The position numbers were made by a program, and so were the translations under genes. Source: Parasynechococcus marenigrum WH 8102 (lineage in GTDB: Bacteria; Cyanobacteriota; Cyanobacteriia; PCC-6307; Cyanobiaceae). Taken from it: DNA of 32,000 nt. Below, piece after piece: positions 23,171 through 32,000 of the stretch. The notes below the pieces were generated by a model that saw only the letters and a program-made list of their open reading frames with translations, had not been told where the DNA came from and searched no databases. Every line of letters starts with the position of its first letter. Position 1 is the stretch's first letter. The stretch is from the NCBI RefSeq assembly GCF_000195975.1, contig NC_005070.1, forward strand, positions 30,001 through 62,000, in the 5' to 3' direction.

Positions 23171-23368
23171 TCAGGCGTACGGAAGCATGCGCACCACCCG
23201 CAGTTCGTCGGTCTCATGAACCACAGCCTTGGTGGCGAGGTGACGCTTCTGCTTGGGGGTCTTGTGGTCCAGCAGGTGGTTGCGGAACGCACGACGACGC
23301 GTGAATTTGCCAGTGCCGGTTGCCTTGAACCGCTTGGCGGCAGCTTTGCGGGTCTTCAGCTTGGGCAT
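23171..23368 (-). CDS. rpmI: 50S ribosomal protein L35
   Basis: Internal ATG 23368 of track ORF 23171-23647 gives [33 protein letters not shown] (65 aa), canonical L35. Confidence 0.93.
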   Translation of the reverse strand: MPKLKTRKAAAKRFKATGTGKFTRRRAFRNHLLDHKTPKQKRHLATKAVVHETDELRVVRMLPYA

Positions 23369-23426
23369 TGCTCTGCTCGTCCTGGCACAAACAACAAGAA
23401 TACGCCTCGATGTGCCCCTCCACCCA

Positions 23427-24974
23427 ATGATCCGGTTGCTGGCCCTGACAATGCTGCTGTGGGTCGCATCGGGTTGCCGCGCCCAGGTGAGCCCGCCTCC
23501 CCTCGAATCCCAGCGTTCCGTAGACGTCCAACAGCCGCTCACCCATCGCCCGGTGGCCGTGCCACCGGCGGTGACTGGGCGACAACCGCTGCTGTGGGTG
23601 TCGTTGGCGGCCCATCTGGGCGCTCGCGCTGATGCGGCACCACTCACGCTGACGGCTGCATCCGGCAGCCTCAGCCTGGAGGACCGTTCCGGACGGCGAT
23701 GGTCGGCAGCGTCGGTTCAGATCAGCTGGCGCTCCGTTCCTTTGGAGCAACCGATGGCGTTGGCCCGTCGGGTGGCGGGTCCGTTTGCCAGTTTTGAGTC
23801 GGCGGAGCGGGTGGCGCTGCGTTGGCGGGCGCTTGGGGTGGCCGCTGAGGTGGCCCATCCGGCTGACTGGGAGGTCTGGGCGCCGGCGGGGGCTCCGGCT
23901 CCAGGGGGTCTGCCGGTGCGGGATTGGTCCAGCCGAATGGAGTCCAACGTGGAGCCGGTGCTGCAGCTGCCGGAAGGGGGGACGACGCCGAAGGGCCCGC
24001 TGCAGATCGATGCGCCCGGGGGATTGCGTTGGGGCAAAGGGGTGTTTCAGGGTCCGTTCCGTTTGCAGCGGGATGCCTACGGCAGCTGGACGCTGGTGGA
24101 ACAGGTGCCCTTGGAGCGTTACCTCGAGGGGGTGGTGCCCCATGAGATCGGCGCGGGTTCACCGCCGGCGGCACTGCAGGCCCAGACCGTGTTGGCTCGA
24201 ACCTGGGCCCTGGCCAACAGCCATCGTTTTCGAATTGATGGTTATCACCTGTGCAGTGACACCCAGTGCCAGGTGTACAGCGATCCCCGGCAGGCTGGGT
24301 CAGCGGTGCGGCAGGCGATCACCGCGACCCAGGGGCGACTGCTCAGTTGGCAGGGCAAACCGATCAGCGCCGTGTATCACGCCACAAACGGTGGTGTGAT
24401 GGCAGCGGGGCCTGAGGCCTGGGCGATGGACGCTCAGCCTTACCTGAAGGCGGAGGCGGATGGTGATGCCGGCTGGCAGCAGCGCCATGGGTTGCCGTTG
24501 CAGCAGCGCTCTGCGGTGGCCAGCCTGCTGGCGCAACGCGAAGGGGCCTATGGCAGTGCCCACCCTCGTTTTCGTTGGACGCGAACCTTGACGGCAAGCG
24601 GGATCCGCCAGGCCCTTGGAGCGTCTGCTGCCGGATTGAATGGACCATTGCAACTGGACGTTCTGGAGCGGGGCCGCAGTGGAAGGGTGCTGGCCTTGCA
24701 GGTGGCCGGCAACGATGGTGGTGCGCCGGTGGTGCTGAAGCTCGACCGGATTCGCCGCACTATTCGGCGTCTGCCCAGCACTCTGTTCGTGATTGAGCCG
24801 CAGGGTGATCAGCGTTGGTTGGTGCGGGGTGGCGGCTTCGGTCATGGGGCCGGACTGTCCCAGTCGGGTGCCATTGATCTGGCCTGGCGCGGCTGGTCCA
24901 CCGAGCGGATCCTGGCCCACTACTACCCAGGGACTGTCTACGGCCCGCTGCTTCCAGCGCTGGAGTCCCCTTAG
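23427..24974 (+). CDS. SpoIID/LytB-domain protein (peptidoglycan remodelling), probable lipoprotein or secreted protein
   Basis: Track ORF 23253-24974. ATG 23427 gives the signal [17 protein letters not shown]. SpoIID-type segments are present: [40 protein letters not shown]. Confidence 0.8.
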   Translation: MIRLLALTMLLWVASGCRAQVSPPPLESQRSVDVQQPLTHRPVAVPPAVTGRQPLLWVSLAAHLGARADAAPLTLTAASGSLSLEDRSGRRWSAASVQISWRSVPLEQPMALARRVAGPFASFESAERVALRWRALGVAAEVAHPADWEVWAPAGAPAPGGLPVRDWSSRMESNVEPVLQLPEGGTTPKGPLQIDAPGGLRWGKGVFQGPFRLQRDAYGSWTLVEQVPLERYLEGVVPHEIGAGSPPAALQAQTVLARTWALANSHRFRIDGYHLCSDTQCQVYSDPRQAGSAVRQAITATQGRLLSWQGKPISAVYHATNGGVMAAGPEAWAMDAQPYLKAEADGDAGWQQRHGLPLQQRSAVASLLAQREGAYGSAHPRFRWTRTLTASGIRQALGASAAGLNGPLQLDVLERGRSGRVLALQVAGNDGGAPVVLKLDRIRRTIRRLPSTLFVIEPQGDQRWLVRGGGFGHGAGLSQSGAIDLAWRGWSTERILAHYYPGTVYGPLLPALESP

Positions 24975-24998
24975 AGTCCTGCCCACCTGAGTGGTTGC

Positions 24999-26321
24999 AT
25001 GGCGTCCACCCCTGGATCTGGTGATCACCGCAGGGTGAAGTCGGCAGCTTTCCTGTTCGCCTGCGGATGTGCCGGTGCGGCACCCCACTGGCTGGATCCG
25101 ATGCGATCGCTGTGGCCGGCCATCAGCCTGGCGATGCTTCTGGGCGGATATGGGTTGCGCACCGTGCTGCGCGCTGATCTGAAGCGGGGAGATACGGCTG
25201 AGACTGTTGAGTTCGACCGGGGATCGTTGCCCAGCCTGGATGTGGTGGTGGCGGCCCGCGATGAAGAGGGCGTGGTCACGCGCCTGGTGGAGCGGTTGAC
25301 GGCGCTGCGTTACCCCGCTGATCGCCTCACTACCTGGGTGATTGACGATGGCAGCTTGGATCGCACTCCCCAGTTGCTGGATCAACTGGCGGAACGTCAT
25401 CCTGGGTTGAACGTGATCCACCGGCCGCGCAATGCCGGCGGTGGCAAGTCCGGTGCATTGAATACAGCACTGGCTCAGCTGAGCGGCGACTGGTTGCTGG
25501 TGTTGGATGCCGATGCCCAGTTGCAGGAGGATCTGCTGGAGCGGCTGGTGCCCTATGCCCTCGATGGCGGCTGGTCAGCGGTGCAATTGCGCAAGGCGGT
25601 GATTGATGCCGATTGCAATTGGCTGACGCGGTCGCAGGCGATGGAAATGGCCTTGGATGCGGTGATTCAGACCGGACGTCTGGCTTCCGGAGGCATCGCA
25701 GAACTGCGGGGCAACGGTCAGTTGATTCGTCGTTCGGTGCTGGAGGAGAGCGGCGGTTTCAATGAAGACACGGTTACCGACGACCTGGATCTGAGCTTCC
25801 GCCTGCTCACCCACGGCGCGCTGGTGGGCATGCTCTGGGATCCGCCGGTGCAGGAGGAGGCGGTGCCGGGCTTGAAGGCCCTGTGGAAGCAGCGGCAGCG
25901 TTGGGCGGAAGGCGGTTTGCAGCGCTTCTTTGATTACTGGCCCACGCTCACATCAGCGCAGCTGACGTTGCGACAGCGATGGGATCTGGCCTGCTTCTTC
26001 CTGCTCCAGTACTGCCTGCCGGTGCTGTCGTTTGCCGACCTGAGTACGAGTGTGATCAGCCGTACTGTGCCCACGTACTGGCCGTTGTCGTTTGTGGCGT
26101 TCGGGGTGTCGGGCCTGGCGTACTGGCGCGGTTGTCGTGGACGCAATGAGGGGCCGTTGATTCCAAGGCCTGGTGTGTGGCACCTGCTGGTGGCGATGGT
26201 GTATCTGAGCCACTGGTTTGTGGTGATTCCGTGGGTGACGTTGCGGATGGCATTGCTGCCCAAGCGTTTGGTCTGGGCCAAAACCAGCCACGGGGGCGAG
26301 CAGGTCACGGCTGGCGCCTGA
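24999..26321 (+). CDS. Family 2 glycosyltransferase, membrane-integral, processive-type motifs
   Basis: 440 aa. DVVVAARDEE, VIDDGSLDRT, LVLDADAQ and QRQRWAEG (QxxRW) motifs with flanking TM segments. Acceptor and donor unknown. The start may lie at a downstream Met. Confidence 0.8.
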   Translation: MASTPGSGDHRRVKSAAFLFACGCAGAAPHWLDPMRSLWPAISLAMLLGGYGLRTVLRADLKRGDTAETVEFDRGSLPSLDVVVAARDEEGVVTRLVERLTALRYPADRLTTWVIDDGSLDRTPQLLDQLAERHPGLNVIHRPRNAGGGKSGALNTALAQLSGDWLLVLDADAQLQEDLLERLVPYALDGGWSAVQLRKAVIDADCNWLTRSQAMEMALDAVIQTGRLASGGIAELRGNGQLIRRSVLEESGGFNEDTVTDDLDLSFRLLTHGALVGMLWDPPVQEEAVPGLKALWKQRQRWAEGGLQRFFDYWPTLTSAQLTLRQRWDLACFFLLQYCLPVLSFADLSTSVISRTVPTYWPLSFVAFGVSGLAYWRGCRGRNEGPLIPRPGVWHLLVAMVYLSHWFVVIPWVTLRMALLPKRLVWAKTSHGGEQVTAGA

Positions 26322-26374
26322 TTGGCACGATATTTCATCGATCTCTTAACCAAATAATAGAGATATCGTGCCAA
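26322..26374. repeat. Perfect 12-bp inverted repeat (hairpin) filling the gap between the convergent GT2 gene and dnaX; possible bidirectional terminator
   Basis: ttggcacgatat (26322-26333) and atatcgtgccaa (26363-26374) are exact reverse complements, separated by a 29-nt AT-rich loop. There is no flanking T-run on either strand. Confidence 0.6.
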
Positions 26375-26383
26375 GAGAGGTCT

Positions 26384-28165
26384 TCAGACTTCTGGGTTGT
26401 CCATATCCAGCACCTGACCGTTGAAGAAATCGGCCAGATTTTTCGCTTGGCGGTCCAGACCTGAAGGTTCGCTCGTGTTGGCAGGCGGCCTCTTGGGTTC
26501 TGGAGGCTTGGGGGCTTGTGAAACAGGTTCGGGCAATTGCGGAGTCGCAGCTGGAGCTGCTCTGGTCTGGGCTGGTGGCGTTGGCTCAGGAGTTGGACTT
26601 GGCGTGTTGATCACCGGTGGGGTGACCACCGCCGCTGGTGGTGGCTGAACCTTCGGCGCTGCTCCGCCACTGCTGGCTTCCAGCACCAACTGGCGTGATC
26701 CCCCCAGGGCTTTGGCCATGGCCTGTTCCAGCAAGGCAGCCCGGCTTTGCACCATGCCCATCCAGTTGCTGGCCACCTGCACCACTGCTCTGTTGGCATC
26801 GAGCCGTACCAACTGCCCCTGCTGCGACAGCAGCATCCGGGTGGAGGGCAACTCCAGGCTGCCGAGGATCTGTTGCCATAGCTCCGCCAGGTTGGGCGCT
26901 GCACCCTCTGCAGCAGCTGGCGCCACCTTGGGCAGCTCCGGAGCCGTTGCAGGAGCTGCAGACGGTGTTGGCGATGGGGCAGGAACCGCTGGCGTGGGTG
27001 TGATCGCTGGAGCCGTTTGTGACGGCACGGCTGCGGTAACGGGTGCAGATGTTGCTGGTGCTGCAGCTGGCGCCTCCGCCAGCAAGCCCAGCAGCAGCAC
27101 CTCCAGCCACAGCCGCGGTTGCACGCTCTGGCGCAGTTGCTGTTCGCTGCCCCGCAGCTGCGCCTGCCACTGCAACAAGCGGGCGCGGCCCAGGGCTTTG
27201 GCGAGGGGCGGCAGCTGGTCGCGGAATTGGGGTGACACACCGGTCAGTTCCGGCCGGTCCGGTGCCGCAGCCATCAGCACCAGATCGCGCAGGATCCCGG
27301 CCAGGCCCTGCAGCACGGCGCCCGGGTCGCGGCCCCGATCCAGCAGATTGCGGGTAGCTTCCAGCAGGGCCACCGGTTCAGCGCTGCTCATCGCTTGCAC
27401 CAGTTGCAGCAGTTCCTGTTCGGGCACGGCCCCCAGCAGATCCCATACCGCGGTGGCTTCGATCGGAGGCGGCAGCAGGCTCAGTTGATCCAGCAGGCTC
27501 TCGGCATCGCGCAGTCCACCCTGGGAGCGCAGGGCCACCACATGAATCGCCTCCGGTTGGATCTCGATGGCCTCCTGCTCAGCAATCCAGCTGAGGTGCG
27601 CCTCGAGTGCATCGAGGGGAATGCGGCGAAAATCAAAGCGCTGACAACGGCTGAGGATCGTGGGCAGCACCCGTTGCGGGTCCGTGGTGGCCAGCACGAA
27701 CACCACCTGCGGCGGCGGTTCCTCCAGGGTTTTCAACAGCGCATTGAACGCTGCGGTGGACAACATGTGGCATTCATCCACCACATACACCTTCCAGCGC
27801 GCCTGCACCGGTGCGAAGCGCGAGCGTTCGATCAGCTCACGGATGTTGTCGACGCCGGTGTTGGAGGCGGCATCGATCTCGATCACGTCCAGGGCTGTGC
27901 CCGCCGCAATCGTGGTGCACAGCTCACAGGTGCCGCAGGGTTCTGGTGTGGGACCGTCGCTGTTGAGGCAGTTGAGCGATCGCGCCAGGATCCTGGCGCT
28001 AGAGGTTTTACCGGTGCCGCGGGGCCCGCTGAACAGGTAAGCCGGCGCGATGCGGTTGCTTGTGAGGGCATGGCCGAGGGTGGCGGCAATGGCCTCCTGG
28101 CCCACCAGCTGATCGAAGCGCTGGGGCCGGTATTTGTGATGCAGCGGCTGGTAGGCCGTACTCAT
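26384..28165 (-). CDS. dnaX: DNA polymerase III subunit tau (gamma/tau)
   Basis: 593 aa. Walker A GPRGTGKTS, zinc module CGTCELC, VVDECHML, SRCQRFDF, then a long Pro/Ala-rich linker and a C-terminal domain. Confidence 0.93.
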   Translation of the reverse strand: MSTAYQPLHHKYRPQRFDQLVGQEAIAATLGHALTSNRIAPAYLFSGPRGTGKTSSARILARSLNCLNSDGPTPEPCGTCELCTTIAAGTALDVIEIDAASNTGVDNIRELIERSRFAPVQARWKVYVVDECHMLSTAAFNALLKTLEEPPPQVVFVLATTDPQRVLPTILSRCQRFDFRRIPLDALEAHLSWIAEQEAIEIQPEAIHVVALRSQGGLRDAESLLDQLSLLPPPIEATAVWDLLGAVPEQELLQLVQAMSSAEPVALLEATRNLLDRGRDPGAVLQGLAGILRDLVLMAAAPDRPELTGVSPQFRDQLPPLAKALGRARLLQWQAQLRGSEQQLRQSVQPRLWLEVLLLGLLAEAPAAAPATSAPVTAAVPSQTAPAITPTPAVPAPSPTPSAAPATAPELPKVAPAAAEGAAPNLAELWQQILGSLELPSTRMLLSQQGQLVRLDANRAVVQVASNWMGMVQSRAALLEQAMAKALGGSRQLVLEASSGGAAPKVQPPPAAVVTPPVINTPSPTPEPTPPAQTRAAPAATPQLPEPVSQAPKPPEPKRPPANTSEPSGLDRQAKNLADFFNGQVLDMDNPEV

Positions 28166-28188
28166 GCGCTGCAGTCGTTACGGGGAGA

Positions 28189-28827
28189 TTACTCAGATTT
28201 GTCGGCTGGGGGCAGGGCGGCTGGCCGCTCCAGAAGTGAATCAATCCGCTGCTTCAACTCCTCCACCGCTGTCAGTTCATCCGCCAGGCTCTGTCCGCTC
28301 AGTAGCAGCGTCTGATTGCCACCTTCTCTTGCTTGTTGCAGCAGGATTTCGAGTTTGCCCAGCAGCTTCTGACGCAGCCGTTCCAGCTTGGCCACTCCCT
28401 GGCTTGCCAACTGGCGCGCGTTGTCGTCCAACAGTCCCTGTTGCACCAATAGCTCCAGGCCGCGCATCAGAGCCGCCGGCATCAGGCCGCTCCAGTGCCG
28501 GGCCCGTTCCAAAGCGGAGTCGATCTGGCCGCTGCGGTGGCGGCCGGTCTTGCACCAGGTGGCGAAGTGCTCGCAGTTGTTGAACAGCAGGTTGTAGTTC
28601 TGCTCGCCGATACGGCTCATGGCCCGTTGCAGGGTCACCCGTGTCGGTGAGGCATCGGCATGGGCGATCACGGTCAGGGCTTGTCTCTGGCTGAAGTCGT
28701 CCGTGGAACTGCGCAGGATTTCGCGGCCCTCTAGGTAGTGCGCCACGGTGCCATCGCCCAGATCGATGCCGTGGTGGTGGAACAGGCCGTGCTGACGCGG
28801 CACCTGCAGGTGGTCAGCGGCAGACAT
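28189..28827 (-). CDS. LRAT/PLAAT (NlpC/P60 superfamily) Cys-His domain protein with C-terminal helical/coiled-coil extension
   Basis: 212 aa. GLFHHHGIDLGDGTVAHY matches the His-box and NYNLLFNNCEHFATWCKTG matches the NCEHF active-site Cys motif of the LRAT/H-rev107 family. Residues from about 115 to 212 are Leu/Gln/Arg-rich helices. Confidence 0.75.
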   Translation of the reverse strand: MSAADHLQVPRQHGLFHHHGIDLGDGTVAHYLEGREILRSSTDDFSQRQALTVIAHADASPTRVTLQRAMSRIGEQNYNLLFNNCEHFATWCKTGRHRSGQIDSALERARHWSGLMPAALMRGLELLVQQGLLDDNARQLASQGVAKLERLRQKLLGKLEILLQQAREGGNQTLLLSGQSLADELTAVEELKQRIDSLLERPAALPPADKSE

Positions 28828-28845
28828 TTCGATCAGTGATGGACG

Positions 28846-30195
<1,350 letters not shown>

Positions 30196-30276
30196 CGAAC
30201 GCCGGGGACATCAAGAGAACAGGAAGCGACCGGGCGGTCTCCCTGGAACTCAGGATCGGGACAGGAGAGCGGCTTG

Positions 30277-30900
30277 TCAGCCCTCCGTAACGATTCCTTC
30301 GCCCCCGGAGCTGTCCACCACCCGATCGATCAGGCCGTATTGAACCGCTTCTGCCGGGGAAAGGAAGTAGTCGCGATCGGTGTCTTCAGCGATCTTGTCC
30401 AGGGGCTGACCGGTGTGGTCGGCCATCAGACCATTGAGCGTTTCCTTGAGGAAGAGGATCTCCTTGGCCTGGATCTCGATATCAACGGCCTGGCCCTGGG
30501 CGCCGCCAAGGGGTTGGTGGATCATGATCCGGGCGTTGGGCAGAGCCAGGCGCTTGCCTTTGCAGCCTCCAGACAGCAGGAAGGCACCCATGCTCGCTGC
30601 CAGGCCGTAGCAGATGGTCACCACATCAGGGGCCACCTGCTGCATCGTGTCGTAGATGGCCAGGCCCGCCGTCACCGAACCCCCCGGGGAGTTGATGTAG
30701 ATCTGAATGTCCTTCTCGGGGTCCTCGGCTTCGAGGAACAGCATCTGGGCCACAAGGGCATCGGCAACGGCGTCATCCACGCCGGTGCCGAGAAAGATGA
30801 TCCGTTCCCTGAGCAGCCTTGAGTAGATGTCGAAGGCGCGGTCTCCACGACCGGACTGTTCCACCACGGTCGGCAACGGGCCTGGGGCAGAGATGGGCAT
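30277..30900 (-). CDS. clpP: ATP-dependent Clp protease proteolytic subunit
   Basis: Catalytic Ser context [11 protein letters not shown] and His context [10 protein letters not shown] favour ATG 30900 (MPISAPGP, 207 aa) over the upstream ATG 30951 of the track ORF. Confidence 0.92.
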
Positions 30901-30994
30901 CTCAGCCCGCCAGCGGTTCTGGATCGGGTGATGGCTGCGGGCGTCGATCACGCGCTTGCTGTCCTTTTGCGTGGGATCAATCTATGGGCCCTGT

Positions 30995-32000
30995 TCAAGC
31001 CTCGGCGTCCGTTTTGGACTTGGCGGGCGTTTTCTTCTTCGCGGCGGGCTTTTTCTTGGCAGCTGGCTTCTCGGCGTCGTCGGCATCATCCGCCGCCGGT
31101 GCCTGTTCGGTGAGCGTGCTGTTCTCCTCCAGCCAGCTCATCAGCTGCTCCTGAATCAAGTCATCCATCACCGCCTGGCGCAGGCGCTGCGGGTCGATCT
31201 TGGCGTCTGCAGCCAGCTCTTTTTTCACCTCTTTGATCTTGGCGTCCACGGCGTCGTCCTCCACCGAGATCCCTTCGGCTTCCGCCAGAGCGGTGAGGGC
31301 AAAGCTGCGGCGCAGACGCTCCTCGGCTTCGGGCCGTGAATTCTGCATCAGGTTGCGCACCAGGTCTGGGGTGAACAGCGATTTCACATCCATGCCCTGC
31401 TGGGCGAACTGTGCAGCGGTCTGCTCCAGCAGATTGCGGCTCTCCTGTTGGATCAGGGCCTCTGGCAGTTCCACTTCCAACTGCTCCACCAAGGCGCCAA
31501 TCAGGGCATCGCGGCGGTTGCTGGTCTGGCGACGTTCGGCGTCGTCCTTGAGCCGTTGTTCCAGCTCCTGACGCAGCTCCGCCAGGGTCTCCTGTTCGCT
31601 GGCCTGCTTGGCGAAGGCGTCATTCAGCTCCGGCAGCTCGCGGGTTTTGAGGTCCTTTAGCTCGATCTCGAAGGCCGCCTTGCGGCCGCGGGCATCCTCC
31701 TTGGGATAGTCATCCGGGAACTGGCAGTCGACGGTTTTGCTGTCGCCCACTGCCATGCCGATCACCCCTTCGATGAAGCCGGGGATCATCCGGCCATGCT
31801 CGAGGTCCACATCCATGGAGTCGGCGCTGCCGCCTTCGATCTCCGAGCCGTCATCGCTGTAGGTGCCCTTGAACCCGAGCACGGCGATGTCGCCCTGTTC
31901 GGCTGCGCGGCCCTCGACCGGCACCACCGTGGCCAGTTGCTTGCGGGAGTCCTCCAGCATTTCGTCCACTTTGGCGGCGTCGTAAGCCACCGGTTCAAAG
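30995..32000 (-). CDS. tig: Trigger factor, C-terminal about 335 aa (N-terminus lies beyond the window end)
   Basis: FKBP-type PPIase core ([16 protein letters not shown]...GMIPGFIEG) and a helical C-terminal domain. The reading frame stays open to position 32000. It ends in a Lys/Ala/Pro-rich tail. Confidence 0.9.
   Translation of the reverse strand, partial: FEPVAYDAAKVDEMLEDSRKQLATVVPVEGRAAEQGDIAVLGFKGTYSDDGSEIEGGSADSMDVDLEHGRMIPGFIEGVIGMAVGDSKTVDCQFPDDYPKEDARGRKAAFEIELKDLKTRELPELNDAFAKQASEQETLAELRQELEQRLKDDAERRQTSNRRDALIGALVEQLEVELPEALIQQESRNLLEQTAAQFAQQGMDVKSLFTPDLVRNLMQNSRPEAEERLRRSFALTALAEAEGISVEDDAVDAKIKEVKKELAADAKIDPQRLRQAVMDDLIQEQLMSWLEENSTLTEQAPAADDADDAEKPAAKKKPAAKKKTPAKSKTDAEA

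Noticed and set aside
9020-27983. HIP1 octamer GCGATCGC found at 9020-9027, 11455-11462, 25103-25110 and 27976-27983.
   Set aside because: Four copies in 32 kb compares with roughly one expected from base composition by my rough estimate. This is only a mild excess, all copies are inside coding regions, and HIP1 is a known cyanobacterial genome-wide feature rather than a local element.

Overview
High-GC (visibly about 60%), very gene-dense chromosomal segment. Its gene content and order look like the conserved core of a marine Synechococcus-type picocyanobacterium; this is my recognition of the proteins and synteny, not a database result. Order is murC(5' end)/gap2, thiL-PPIase, efp-accB, pdxA, an SDR, an HNH nuclease divergent from an SNF2 helicase, a block of small or uncharacterised envelope and hypothetical genes ending at tRNA-Gly(CCC), a class V aminotransferase, cbiD, guaA, two unknown genes plus mrdA, sqdX-sqdB, thiG, rpmI-rplT-TPR, a SpoIID-like gene, a GT2 glycosyltransferase, dnaX, an LRAT-like gene, clpX, clpP and tig(partial). 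I see no CRISPR array, transposase, integrase, rRNA or obvious prophage. Most of the window is ordinary housekeeping DNA. The best candidates for undescribed biology are: (1) the divergent HNH endonuclease plus compact SNF2 ATPase pair, whose N-terminus looks HARP-like, suggesting a split analogue of eukaryotic ZRANB3; (2) an LRAT/PLAAT-type Cys-His protein with a helical tail wedged between clpX and dnaX; (3) a phased 10-nt direct repeat upstream of a 57-aa membrane protein that the ORF track missed; (4) the poorly characterised 8.9-11.3 kb block of envelope proteins, a His-tailed coiled-coil protein and low-GC mini-ORFs next to a tRNA. All functional names come from motif recognition in the supplied translations. 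No search or computation beyond hand counting was possible.
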